Positions 26,361-38,775 of a DNA stretch of 64,000 bases are shown here, piece after piece. Under the pieces are notes generated by a model, which did not search any database, was not told the DNA's origin, and worked only from the letters and a program-made list of their open reading frames with translations. The stretch comes from the human T2T-CHM13v2.0 reference genome, Homo sapiens. The translations under genes were made by a program, and so were the position numbers. The stretch is taken from assembly GCF_009914755.1 (NCBI RefSeq), contig NC_060928.1. The stretch is one strand, 5' to 3'. Each line of letters opens with the position of its first letter. Positions within the stretch are counted from its first letter, which is position 1.

Positions 26361-27109
26361 CATTAATTTCTACTTTTCATCATCTTACTGTTACTGCTGT
26401 ACAGAACAAGAGAAACAGGTTTGGGGATAAATGACATCAACAATCCCTGGAATCCTTGTTTCAGAGTCTCTTTCATAGTCAGTGACCCCAGTGAAGAAGG
26501 ACACTGTAAGATTAGGAGTATCTGAGTACATATATTGGTCAGTGTTAGGAAAAGGATTGCATAAATCAGTTGGAGTGTGGCCCAGTCTAATTCAGCCTCA
26601 GGCCCACCCACTCCTAGAAATACCAGGAATATAGGCATTGTCCTATGCGGACTAATAGGGAATACGTTCACATGAGAGCAAAACTACCAAAGATTTAAAT
26701 TTAATTCCCTGAGGATTTGTCAATAGACTTTTGATTATAAAGCCAAATTATACCCTGTTCTTTCCAATCGTTTTTCTAATACCACAGAAATAATTACTTT
26801 CCCCCACCTCCCTACACTCACCCTGTCCCCTCATAGTACATTGTACAAGATTCATTACTGTGTGCATGGTGTATGTGTCTACAAAGGTAGGTATATTTAA
26901 TATATCTGTCCCCACTGCTAGACAGTGAAATCAAGGAATGAAAAGAAAGAAGCAAACAGTTTTGGCACAAAAAGACAGTCAAGCACTATGTACCAACACA
27001 TGCCAAGTACTATTACTTTGGCCCATGGCTTTCAACTTCAGAAATACAGCAGAACTTTCTGGGAAACTTTACAGAAGTACAGAGGGCATAGAACTGGTTG
27101 AGAAATGGA

Positions 27110-27315
27110 CTGAGAGGGTTAAATCCCATCTCAGCCACTTACTAGATATGGACCTTGGGGAAGTTACTTAATCCCACCATGCTGCAGTTTCCTCATCTTC
27201 AGTGGGGATGATACAATTACCTACTTCCTAGGGCTGTTGTGAGAATTAAATGAGGTAATTTATGCAATACAGAACAGTGTTTGGTACCTACTAAGTGTTT
27301 GCTGTGGCTATTAGT
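27110..27315 (+). mobile_element. MIR
   Basis: gggttaaatcccatctcagccacttactag...gaccttggggaagttacttaa...cagtttcctcatct...gggctgttgtgagaattaaatgag. Confidence 0.88.
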
Positions 27316-28230
27316 ATGGCTATAACCATTTTTTTTTAACGTTGTCCTCTTCATCAATATCATTACAGATGCCTTTGGCCCAAGTTCACATGTGTTCTAC
27401 CAGTTTCAAGGACTTAGGGCCCAGGCATCAGTATTTTGAATGACTGAATGAATTGAAAATCACATGCAACTGAAGAGATCCAGAGGAAAAAGAGAGTAAA
27501 GAAGGAATGAGAGCCAGAAGCATTTAATTAAACCTGAGGAATTTCTTACCAGTAAGAGCAGTCAGACTTTCCAGGAATTAGTGAGAGAGCACATGGAATC
27601 TTGTTCCCTGGGAACTTTAATTACTGGGGCAGGTAGCACTCGCTCTTGGAAGATCTCAGCACAGATTCCAGTCTTGAACCAAAGGAAGTCTTTAATGACC
27701 ACTTGGTCTCATTCTAGCATTCCAAGTATGTCTTTTCCCTTTCTATAGGGCACAGGTGAAGGAAAAGAGGGCAACTGATTGCCAGAAAACTCAGCATTAA
27801 TTCTATGCAAATTCTCTTTGTAAATACCTTTCTGTTTAAATTTTGCCTTTGAATAGCTTGGTTTCTACCCGACTCATGCCATTCCTCACCACAGTGCCCA
27901 TTCCTTCAGTCCCTACTCATCAGACCCTGGCCCTTGCTCACATCCTACCTTGCCCTGGGAATTGGTATCTTATTGACTTTTGCTCCAAACCCAACACAGA
28001 AGACACTCAGTAATCATTTGTTGAAAGATGAAAATAAACAAAGCTTAGTACAGAAAGTAGCTAAAAAATAAATATTGGACATCAGCTTCTGAAATCCCTG
28101 TTCTCCCATTCCTAATTTTTGTAAAGTCCACCCTCCCCTACACAGTGCCTTGCAAAATTAATATTTGGTAAAAATATATCATCCAATCATAACAAACAGT
28201 GAGGAAGATTTTAAAGTTAAACTCATATAT

Positions 28231-28600
28231 TGATATGGTTTGGCTGTGTCCCCACCCAAATCTCACCTTGAATTGTAGCTCTCATAATCCTCATGTGTCA
28301 TGGGAGGGACCCAGTGGGATGTAATTGAATCGTGAGGCAAGTTTTTTTTTTGGGGTGTGTGCTGTTCTCATGATAGTGAATAAGTCTCATGTGATCTGAT
28401 GGTTTCATAAAGGGCAGTTCCCCTGAACATGCTCTCTTGCCTGTTGCCATGTAAGACGCGTCTTTGTTCCTCGTTTGACTTCCACCATGATTGTGAGGCC
28501 TCCCAAGCCATGTGGAAATGTGAGTCCATTATACTTCTTTTTCCTTACAAATTACCGTCTCGGGGGCTTCTTCATTGTAATATGAAAATGGACTAATACA
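28231..28600 (+). mobile_element. THE1 solo LTR (THE1B-like, MaLR)
   Basis: Starts tgatatggtttggctgtgtccccacccaaatctc and ends aaaatggactaataca; 5-bp TSD TATAT at 28226-28230 and 28601-28605. Confidence 0.95.
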
Positions 28601-28949
28601 TATATGTTATATAGTTTTATTTTCCTTGAAAAATAGAATCATTTGGAACATTATAATAACAAATGAATGAGAACACTCCTTCCCCGAAAATCTGCTACTG
28701 ACTCTTTCAGGATCCTGAAAGAATCATAGAACCACTCCAAGTATTTGTTTCCTGGGGTCAAAGAATAAAGAAAATAAAGCTTTTCTTCTAGGGAGCTCAA
28801 AGCACTTCCTCTTGAATACTTCCTTTGGTTCTCACAGCTTTCCTAAAAGCATATGGAATTTTTCTGGGCACCAAGATGCTAAATGGTTCACTCTAAAGTG
28901 AATTGGCAGTCAAAATGAAAGTCAGAAGAAGAAAGCCCTACCCTGACTT

Positions 28950-29161
28950 TTGTGGTGTGCTGGTAAATGTTTAACATTTGGTTCTCTAGAAACAAAAAGA
29001 AGCCCTGATTTACAGCACTTACCAATTTCTGTGGTGTAAATTCTCCCACCATGGCTAATTTCAAGCTATTAATTGGGACGTAACTGAGTACAGAGTTGGG
29101 AAGAGAGGCTCATAATTGGCAGTCATAAACAATCATGAAAGTTGGCTCCAGCACACCACTG
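28950..29161. mobile_element. MER63A-like hAT MITE
   Basis: Terminal inverted repeats gtggtgtgctgg / ccagcacaccac; 8-bp TSD CCTGACTT at 28942-28949 and 29162-29169. Confidence 0.85.
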
Positions 29162-29770
29162 CCTGACTTTTTCAACCCAAGAGTTCATCAGTTTCATAGA
29201 TGTAAATGGTTGGTGACTCAGCCTCCTCTACATCACCTTGATGACATGTGCAAATATAATTTGGATGGTTTTGTTTCAAAGCACAATGCATGTTTCCGTG
29301 AAGCTCCTTGAAGGCAAGATGGTAGCCTGTTTACGTTTGTGTCCTTGGTGTTGAGCACAGGGTAGCTAGTAAATAAACAGCTGCTTCTAAAGAAAATATC
29401 TATTCGTAATCTAAGATCTTTTAGAATGAAACTTGCCTTGCTAGTTTCTCATTATCATAACTACATAGATAGATTCTAATTTATCCCATTTTGACCTGAT
29501 ACACAGTCTAACCTTCCAAGACTGTCAAGTTGAAGGGAATAAATTCTCAGGCAATTCCAATGAGTAGAATCTGTCTTTTAAGATTGCACAATTTCCTCTA
29601 GTGACAGCTATCACCCTGGAAAAGACAGTCCAAGTAATGACCACACATTAACACAGACATTCTCAATTTCCTCCCAGCATACTTGGCAGACAGCTAGAGG
29701 GTGGAGGGGCAAAGCAATGTTAAGTTTCAATAAAAGAGAGAGAGAAAAAAAGGGAATAGGAAGAGATGTC

Positions 29771-30125
29771 TTCTATAGTCTGAAGGTCTGTGTCCCCCAA
29801 AATTCATATCCTAACTCCCAAGATGATGGTATTAGGAGGCTGGGTCTTTGGGATGTGATTAAGTCATGAAGCTAGAGTCTTCAGGAATGAGACTAGAGCC
29901 CTTATTAAAGAAGCTTCACAAAGCTGCATTGCCTCTTCCACCATGTAGAGACACAGAGAGAAGATACTGTCTGAACCAGGAAGCTGGCCCTCACTAGACA
30001 CCTAATCTGCAGGTGCCTCGATCTTGGACTTCGCAGCCTCCAGAACTATAAGCAATAAAGTTCTGTTGTTTATAAGCCACCCAGTTTATGGTATTTTGTT
30101 ATAGTAGCCTGAAGGGACTAAGACA
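29771..30125 (+). mobile_element. MLT1A-like solo LTR
   Basis: tgtgtcccccaaaattcatat...atcttggacttcgcagcctccagaact...aataaa...tataagccacccagtttatggtattttgttatag...actaagaca. Confidence 0.92.
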
Positions 30126-30957
30126 ATATGGAACACAAAATTTGCTCAGGGCAGGATGGCAGGGGTAGTAGGACACTAGACAGAGTCAGGAACACTAAAA
30201 TGAAGACGTTAGTGGGAACTAAGACCCCCGTGTTGATCTGAACTGTGAAAGGGTTCTTGATTCTCCATTTAATTAGTTATCATGAGTCTGCTTGTTTTTA
30301 AATCAAAAAAGACCGTCCAATAGCTTCATTACTTTTGTAAATGTGATTACTAAAAAAATCTCCCTATTTAAGTTTACATTCCTGGGGGACAAGCCTTCCC
30401 ACAAGGCATAAAATAATGGATCAATCTGAATTACCTTCCATTCTTTCCCCACCTTTCAGGTGCCTGCATTGTAATGAATGTGGAATAGGTGCACATTTGT
30501 ACTCTCTGCATGTTTCGGGTGTCGGCTGGATGCCAAGGCTTAGGAACCAGATGCATCAATGTTGGGTCAAGAGAACTGCAAGAGGGAGAGGGTAGATGAA
30601 CAGAAAACACACAGGAACCTCCAAAGCTCCTATGGAAGGACAAATGTACTTTCTGCATTGGCTAGGCCTAACTAGGGTCTCCACTTTAAATATTTGCCAG
30701 GCCCAGATAATACAAAGCCACTCAGCCAAGTATGAACTACCCCATCATTTGCACCTCACCTACCTTAGACTCTGGCAAAGAGTGAAACAGCAGCTGTATG
30801 GGAGAGGGGGAAAAGAAGGTGAGCAGAAAAGAGTAAAAAGAACAGTGCTTTCCTTCCCCACTGCAGCCTCCAGTTTGGATCGGGTCTGAGCCACAGAGGA
30901 GGGAAGATCTAACTCCAAAAGATCAAGCTTCATCAGTTCCCCAGAAGTAGATATTCT

Positions 30958-31271
30958 CTTTTTTTTTTCATTTCTTTTTTTTTTTTTTTTGAGACAGAGT
31001 CTCACTCTGTCACCCAGGCTGGAGTGCAGTGGTGTGATCTTGGCTCATGGCAACCTCCGCCTCTCAGGTTCAAATGATTCTCCTGCCTCAGCCTCCTGAG
31101 TAATTGGGACTACAGGTGTGTCCCACCACGCCCGACTAAGTTTTTGTATTTTTATTAGAGACGGGGTTTCACCATGTTGGCCAGGATGGCCTCGATCTCC
31201 TGACCTCATGATCTGCCCGCCTCGGCCTCCCAAAGTGCTGGGATTACAGGCGTGAGCCACCGTGCCAAGCC
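30958..31271 (-). mobile_element. AluS (Sc-like)
   Basis: Full antisense dimer; TSD CAGAA(G/T)TAGATATTCT at 30942-30957 and 31272-31287. Confidence 0.95.
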
Positions 31272-31396
31272 CAGAATTAGATATTCTAGTTACTAAATTG
31301 AGACCTTGTTGGTAACTTAAAGTGGCTGAATCCTACCTGAGCATGAGCAGAAAAGTTATGGCTAGCATTCTCCAGGACAGGGGGAAGAAAAAGAGT

Positions 31397-31860
31397 TATA
31401 ACAGGTTTCAATAGTAGCCCCTAAAAGATATGTCCATTTGGAACGTGTAAATGTGACCTTAAATGGAAAAAAAAAGGGGTGTCTGAAGATGTAATTTAGA
31501 ATCAACATGAGATCATCCCGGACTGGGGCAGGCCCTAAATCTAATGACAAGTCCTTATAGGTGAAGAGAAGGGAAAACAGATAAAGACACAGGGAAGGAG
31601 GCCATGTGAAGAAGGAGGCAGAGATTGAAGTGATGGAGCTACAAGCCCCGGAATGTTGAAGATTGCCTACAATACAAGAAGCCAGGATGGGGGCCTGGAA
31701 CAATCTCCCTCAGAGCCCTCAGAAAGAAACAACCAACGCTGCCGACACCTTGATTTTAGTCTTCTGGCCCTGCAGAATTGTGAGAGAGTACATTTCTGCG
31801 GTTTTAAGCAGCCTGGATTGTGGTACTTTGTTATAGCTGCGACATGAAACAGAAACTACC
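31397..31860 (+). mobile_element. MLT1C-like solo LTR
   Basis: ccctaaaagatatgtcca...aatgtgacctta...gaaggaggcagagattgaagtgatg...ctccctcagagccctcag...ttaagcagcctggattgtggtactttgttatagc. Confidence 0.88.
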
Positions 31861-32994
31861 CCATAGAAACCTAAAGAGATGATGGAAAGCACAATAGGGC
31901 TGTGTTTTATCAAAATCCACAGGACAAGCTCGCACTGCTGTGCAGGTTACAGGTGTTTTTATTTTCCTTTCTCTGGCTCACACGGGAGCAATAATCAAGA
32001 GTTGAAGCCTCGCCAAGCTAGCTGTTGTCCCAGAGTGCTGCCCAAGGCAGAATCAGAAGGCAAAAAAAAAGGCTACGCTGAGAAGAAAGGGAGCCTCGTG
32101 AGCCTGCAGCTGTCCTCCAAACTGCAACCTCACAACGGTAGTGACTCTTCCTTCATGCTCCATTTTCTGCCTCTGGAAGGAACCAGGCTGCTGCTGCATG
32201 TGGAATAAACATGAGCTTCCTGCCATCTAAACCAGTTACTTCTTTGCTGGTTCTTCGAGTGTTGCTTCATGTTAAAGAGAACCAGGGTTCCACCAGGCTT
32301 CTACTGCATGGATGTCCATAGAAGCTTGGGTTTTATGCTGTTTGTGGCTTCACACCAGTTACCTGCTGCGAGGTAACAGTTTTGTGGAGACATGCCCTTG
32401 GAAAGAAAATTCACAATATTTTGCAGAATCTAAAAAATGAAGAGAATCGTGGTATTTGAATGACAACAAATTGGACGTGTGCCAGTCCAAAAGCGACAGT
32501 GCAGTTTTTCCCCCTTGACTAGATTTGGACAGAACAGGCAACAGTTGTTTTCTGACAGCACTTCATTGTGTTTTTTTAAAATGGAGGAAAACAAAGAAAA
32601 AGACCTTATTCCCTCCACATTGGTCAGCTCAAGGAATTCCCTTTTGAACAGGGTGGGGGAATGGAAAGGTGAGGGTATGCAGAGGTTGATTAGTTAACCT
32701 CCTGAACACTGTGTCTATCTGCTGGATTAAGTGCATCACTGCAGAGCACCTGGGACTGTCAAGGGCCACCTGAACCTTATATATTTATTTAAGAGGATAA
32801 AGGAATGCACAGAGAGTGTGTGTGATTTGCCAAATGACACACAGAGACAGAGAGAATACTGCTCTTCCATCTCTAGGCCTGGCACTGCTGACGGTTCTCA
32901 AAAGATCTTGAACTAGTATCTTCCAGAACCAAGGAAAGGTATTTTCATCACACCATGGGGTCTCTCAATGTTTCCCAAGCTTCAGACAGTGAGA

Positions 32995-33210
32995 AGGGGA
33001 AGGAAGTGAGCGTGTGCAGAGTCCTTGCCGTGCACGGAGCTCTGGGTGACATTGTTTACCTGGAATGTTCTACACCATCCTCTTGACAAGCCCATGGGCA
33101 ATGTGCCATTATCATTTTCATTTTAGGGCTGAGGAAACTGAGATCTAGAGGTGGGACAATTTGGCTAGTTTCTACCAGACCTGGGATCTCCTGATTCTCC
33201 ATTTGATGCT
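32995..33210 (-). mobile_element. MIR (diverged)
   Basis: ccattatcattttcattttagggctgaggaaactgagatctagagg. Confidence 0.6.
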
Positions 33211-33679
33211 CCTGCTACACCTGTTGTTTCCACCCACTGCAAAACAGGAGAAGGCAGGAGTCAAAGAAAAACGCAAAAAATTAGGCAGAGCTCCAAACTC
33301 CAAATGCATGCAACTCACAGAATCTCAATTTCGCTCATCTGCAAGGCTGACTCATGGATGGCAATAGGTTTACTCATGGGGAGCAACCGCATAGACAGAC
33401 AGGTTGAGAAGGATTCAGAGGCACGCTCAGGCCTGGAGAAAAGGATTGCTGGGATCAATTAGCAACTTCTGCCTGAATAGGGTTGAGGGACCAGATGTGC
33501 CTGCACCTCACACAGCTGTCCCTGGACTGGCCTCAGGCTTGGCATGCTCTGTGCACTTGTATGTTATGGAAGGCCATGGCATGGCATGTGTGGCCAATCA
33601 CCTTCCCTCTCACTCTGGTCCTCTGCTCACCTTCCACGATCACCACAACCTCTCATCACAGACAAGAATATCCTATATA

Positions 33680-33946
33680 ACAGAATTCTTTAAATACAGG
33701 CTGGGATCCAATAGAGTTCATGAATCCAAATTACTAGGTCAAGACCAACATCTTTAAAAAAATGAAATGCACAATTTAAAATAGAGTAGAATAGAAAGTT
33801 AAAATGCATTTCATATGATAAAAGGATAGTTTCATAAATTTTTAATCAGATATACGATAAATATATATATATATACATGTACTGGGTCACTTGTAAAATA
33901 TGTTTATTACTGTGGGTCATGGTCAAAATGGCTTGAAAAACACTTT
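33680..33946. mobile_element. hAT-Charlie MITE (MER112-like)
   Basis: gaccaacatctttaaaaaaatgaaat...tagaatagaaa...gtactgggtcacttgtaaaatatgtttattactgtgggtcatggtcaaaa...tgaaaaacact; family from memory. Confidence 0.55.
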
Positions 33947-34311
33947 GGCAAAGTGTTGGTTCCAGGAGAACCCAGACCCTGGATGGACACAATCACTGCT
34001 CTGAAATTGCCTGTTCCCCTCCTGGTTGAGGAGCCCAGCCTAAAGAAACTCCTGATTTGGCTGGAGTTCTGCCCTCTGGGGCGACATAGCACAAGGTGAA
34101 TCCCTCTCCGTGATAGCTCTCAGTCTCTTCAAATCCTGCTGTCTCCCAAGCTAAGCCTCTTCCCTTCTTTTACATTTGTCTCCTCTGTGCAGGGACATTT
34201 CTAGACCACCAAGTTTCTGTTCACATGCCATGAAGGCCACTACACTTTGGTTTTCTAACATCCCTCCAGCATTTTTTTAATGAAATACTTTCACAAATAA
34301 GAAGCATAAAA

Positions 34312-34995
34312 GCTATATTATCCTAAGCCCTTACTACATGCCAGGCACTGTACTAATTACATTGCATGTTCTATGACTCCAGATTCTTTAGAGCAAGTGA
34401 TAGCAGCATAAATCAAAACAACCTCAGCAGAGATGTATTTTCTCATGCAACTGAAAACGCAAGAGATTTAGGTGCAGTTAGATGCAAAGAGAGTCATTAC
34501 AGCTCTGTCTTCTTTGTTCCCTGTCTCACCTCTGCCTTAGTTCATTTTGACCTCCTCTAAGGGTGACTCCCCCAGTGCTTAGGACCTACATTCTGGCTCC
34601 CCATTTGGAGCGGAAAAAGAGCTTCTCTTTTCCAATCGCTCCTGCTACAGTGTGGATATGGTTCCCACTCGTCTAACTTGGGTCACATGCTCATCTCTAT
34701 ACTAGGAAATGGGGTCAATCCCCCTGAGCTTCACAGACTGAGCATAAGCTTAGGTGGTGCTCAGAGGAAAACTAAGAGCAGGGAGCTGTTACCAGAAAGT
34801 GGAGAATGAATATTGAGCAACCAAAGCAAGAATCATCTACCAGGGACCTCACAATATTGTAAGCAAGATATTATTCTTAGATGTGGAACTGAAGGTCAGA
34901 ATGATTATGTAATTTGACCATGACCTCATAGTCAAGAGGTGATAGAAGTGGGACTCCAGCCCAGAATTCCCAGTTCTTGTTCCTTGCCCTATACT
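34312..34995 (-). mobile_element. MIR apparently split by an ancient MLT1-type LTR (~34370-34845)
   Basis: MIR 3' part (cttactacatgccaggcactgtacta) at ~34315-34365 and MIR core (agatgtggaactgaaggtcagaatgattatgtaatttgacca) at ~34850-34990 flank MLT1K/L-like sequence (ttgggtcacatgctcatctct). Confidence 0.55.
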
Positions 34996-35239
34996 GTGCT
35001 GTTCTGCCTGCACTAGCCTCCTGGCTGCTCATTGGTTTGGGCTATGAGCTATCAGTTCCCTTCATCTCAGCTCCACAGAGACAGGTACAGCTGCCTCTGG
35101 AGAAGCCAGGCCACATGGCTGATTCAGTCCACTAAAATCTGGACCCTCATTTTTAATCAAGTTCTTCCAGCCTATACCCTTGTTGATTATTTTCTAAAAG
35201 ATAAATGGAGGGAGTCTACCTTTATCCTTTTATACTTAA

Positions 35240-35430
35240 AAAGCATCTCATATACGTTGACAAATATAGTAATATATTTTGACCTTTACATGGATCCACA
35301 GAGGAAGGTTAAGAATTGTCTCTATTTTATGGAAAACACATGTGAGTCAGAAAGGTGAAGTTACTTAAGTAATTTGTCTAAGATCACATACTAATTAGTG
35401 ACAGAGCCAGAATTCTAATCCAGCTAGTCA
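35240..35430 (-). mobile_element. MIR
   Basis: ctctattttatggaaaa...taagtaatttgtctaagatcacatactaattagtgacagagccagaattctaatccag. Confidence 0.65.
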
Positions 35431-35580
35431 CACAATTTCTAATACTTAAAACCTGGGCTTGTCCTGTTCCATGGAAAGCTTAATGAACCTTCACTTTCCT
35501 CATTCACATTTCATCCAGCCCTCTTTCCCAAATTTTTGTCACTGCCAGTGTAATCCCTCTGCCTGTGTCTTGATCTAAAT

Positions 35581-35807
35581 CAGAGATCAGCAAACTCGTT
35601 GGAGGTCCATCTCATTGGACTGGTCCCTTGCCTGGTTTTACAAATAAAGTTTTATTGGAACATAGCCATGCACATTTATTGAGAAATAATCCATGGCTGC
35701 TTTCGTGCTACAATGCTAGAGTTGGGTAATTTTAAGAGAAATCTAAGGGTCTCCAAACCTAAAATATTTTCTGTCTGGTCCTTCACAGAAAAGTTTGCCA
35801 ACCTCTG
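35581..35807 (+). mobile_element. MER58A (hAT-Charlie MITE), complete
   Basis: TIRs cagagatcagcaaact / agtttgccaacctctg; aaataaagttttattggaacatagccatgc; 8-bp TSD ATCTAAAT at 35573-35580 and 35808-35815. Confidence 0.92.
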
Positions 35808-35976
35808 ATCTAAATCATTGATGAAGAGCTGAACCAAACGTAGAGATCTACTCTGCTGCCCAACACTCGAAACCTTTGTCAGGTGGCCAGTGATCAGCAC
35901 TCCTTGTAGTCAGTCCTCATGTAGAACCAGTATGCAAGGACAGTCTACTGGTACAAGCCAATCTAAGTAGGTCGCT

Positions 35977-36023
35977 TAGATATTTGGTACCTACCTTTGG
36001 TAGATATAGGTACCAAATATCTA
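35977..36023. repeat. Perfect 17-bp inverted repeat with 13-nt spacer
   Basis: TAGATATTTGGTACCTA (35977-35993) / TAGGTACCAAATATCTA (36007-36023). Confidence 0.95.
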
Positions 36024-36324
36024 TCACTTTCTTCTGCTTCTGAAGACGTCTCTTTCCTCCTTTCTATGAATGTCCTATTTCAGAGGCTGAGTGCTGTGTT
36101 TATTCACAAACAAATATTAAGTCCCCACCACTGGGGTCATTGCTGGGCACTAGGCAACACTTCTCAAGGATGATGCCCTAACACTTTGGCCACAAAGTGA
36201 TCTGTGAAGCATCTACAGTCAACACACTAATAGCAATAGTTAAGTTCCAAAGTTTAGAACTAGTTATTAAATAAATAAAAACAGAGTCAATTCAAGTTCA
36301 CAATAAAACATGACATAATGCATA

Positions 36325-36560
36325 GAAACAGTTAAGGACCACAGGGTTAAACCAAATCTGCCTCAGTTTATTCTGCCTGCATGGCCTTGGGCAAATTACT
36401 TAACTATCCTATGCTTTAATATCCTCATCTATAAAATGGGCATAATAATAGTACTTGCCTGAAAAAGGTTTTGTGGTGGTTGAATTAGTTAAAATATATG
36501 TCGCTCATAAGAGAAGGCTTGACATGTAATAAGGGGTATGTGAATTAGCTATTGTTATTT
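36325..36560 (+). mobile_element. MIR
   Basis: ggccttgggcaaattacttaac...cctcatctataaaatgggcataataatagtact...ttagctattgttatt. Confidence 0.85.
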
Positions 36561-37757
36561 ATTGAGTGTTTACAATATGCAGTTGTATGCTAAGAGCCTT
36601 GCATGGATTATCTTGAACCTGTAACCCTGCCACTGTCACCTGATTTATGATCTGCTTCTACATGAGAAAGAAGGAATTAGTTACAGCTGGTGTGTGGGGA
36701 ACTGTAGAACCCACAGCCTGTCTTATCTGTGCCATATTCAGAAATAGATCTTTAACTGGATGATATTATTACTCAAGTGCTTGGAAGAAAATTCTTTTTA
36801 AAATAGCACATACAAAAAAAAAAACAAAAAAAACAAGTGCTTAGAGCTTAAACCCAATTTGTTTAACTCCCTCTTAAAATTTGGAAGTGGGGGGGTATTA
36901 AAATCTAGGTGTACCCTTGAGAGTACTTCAACCATGTGAGCATCGTTCGTCAAGTGTATCCTGGAAGAATAATCCTTGCAAATCTCTATTCTGGGGTACT
37001 TTGAATCACATTTCCCTTTCAGTCCGTTATGAGTTTCTTCATGTGTAAAAAGCTAGTCTCCCAGGTTTGTTGTGAGGGGGAAATAAGATACTCCGTGTAA
37101 AAAACTTTCATGCAGCCTCTAGCTCCTGATGTGCAGGCTACTGTCACCCCCCAGAAACCTCAGCTCACCTGCCTTTGTCCCTCCAGGTCCCTACTGTCTC
37201 AGCAGTCAGAGCCCAAGCCTGGTCCAGTCCAGCAGCTCAGCCAATTCCCCAGAGAGTGAAACAAACCAATAATTAGAATCCTGGGCTTAGAATGTGCAAA
37301 TGAATGAGCCTCTGATGCCAACATTGATGGGAACTTGGACACAGAACTCAGACCATTCGGAGTCAGAAGGGGCCAGGTAGGTGGATCATGGAGTCCCTTA
37401 CTCTGGGCTGGGTCCATGCCATTGCAAAGTCTGCAATAGCTTGGGGGTCCTGACAAAGCCAAACAATGCCACCACATCTCATTAACCATCCATCGAGAGC
37501 TCCTCCACAAGCAGCTGGGTGACTGGGACTGTAATGAAATTACACTGTCCAGGCAAAAGAAGTAATAGTTGCTTTCCACACAGAATGAAAGTGGGCTGCA
37601 GCTGAATTGGCTTCATTTTAATGATTCACCAATTTATTTATCTCAGCAGGAAAAATGCTGCCTGGAGTCCACTGGGACGCAATTTCCAGAGCTGCCTCCT
37701 GGCTCTCTGGAGAGGTGCATGGAGAAGATTTAGACTCCAGTGACAGAACACACCTGG

Positions 37758-38005
37758 TAATAACAACAGCAACCATGACCCTTTACTGAGCACTTACCAG
37801 GTGCCTTAAAGATGTTTCCTCATTCATTACTTGGAGCAACACCCTGTGAGGGAGGTATGACTGTCATCCCCATTTTCATTGCTGAGAAAACCAAGTCTCA
37901 GAGATACTAACCAACTCACTGAAGGTCACACAGCGTGTGAGTGGCAGAAATCTATTAGAAGCCAATTCAGCTTGGATTCAGAGCCTGCAAGTCTAACCCC
38001 TAACT
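37758..38005 (-). mobile_element. MIR
   Basis: tttactgagcacttaccaggtgc...caccctgtgagggaggtatgactgtcatccccattttcattgctgagaaaaccaagtctcagaga. Confidence 0.85.
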
Positions 38006-38514
38006 CTACTGATTCCCAGAATGCAGATGTCTCCAATACCCACATTCTCTTATGCCTAGGTTGCAGGAAGGGAACAGATGGGAAAAAAGCTGGAGAGGAG
38101 CTGCTGAAAGTTCATTGGCACCATCTGAGCCAAGGATGGGTTCAGGAAACCAAGCCCTAGCTCAACCCTTGCCCAGAGAGGCAAGAGTTAAATGGGAACT
38201 GAGCCCTTACTTTCTTGTGTTCTAGTTTCTTTTTTAAACTATACTACTGGGAAAGACTACAAGACTTTCTTGCTCCTTATTAAAAACAGAAAATCTGTTT
38301 AGGCAGCAGCTACAGCACAAAGGCAGATAGATATATTATGGGCAAAAAAGAGCCAAACTACAGGCAGGCCAACATCAATGGAAACAGGGCCTGCGGATCT
38401 CTAATTAAACACAGTGCCTCTCTCAGGTCAGGAAAATCACAAACAATAGCAATCCTCTTTCCCTGCAGTAACACTGAGAGAATGTTTTCTTCAAGGGAAG
38501 AGAAGAACTGCTTG

Positions 38515-38775
38515 CGTGCCTGCCTGCCTGCCTTCTTTCTTTCCTTCCTTCCTTCCTTCCTTTCCTCCCTCCCTCTCTTTCTTCCTTCCTTCCTTTTTTT
38601 TCCTTCCCCCTCTCCTTATCTTTTTTCTCTTCCTTCTCGCTTCTCTCCCTCCTTCTCTCTTTTTCCTTTCTCCCTCCCTCCATCCTTTCCTTCTTTCCCT
38701 TCCTTTCTTTCTTCTTTCTCTCTCGTTCCTTCTCTCTTTCTTCCCCCCTTACTCCCTCCATCCTTCTTTTCTTTC
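38515..38775. repeat. Polypyrimidine low-complexity tract, (CCTG)/(CCTT)/(CT)n
   Basis: About 260 nt of almost pure C/T on the + strand. Confidence 0.95.

Noticed and set aside
34068-34086. Second CTCF-like motif on the minus strand (CGCCCCAGAGGGCAG)
   Set aside because: Mismatches at the 5' CCA positions; too weak to call without ChIP data.
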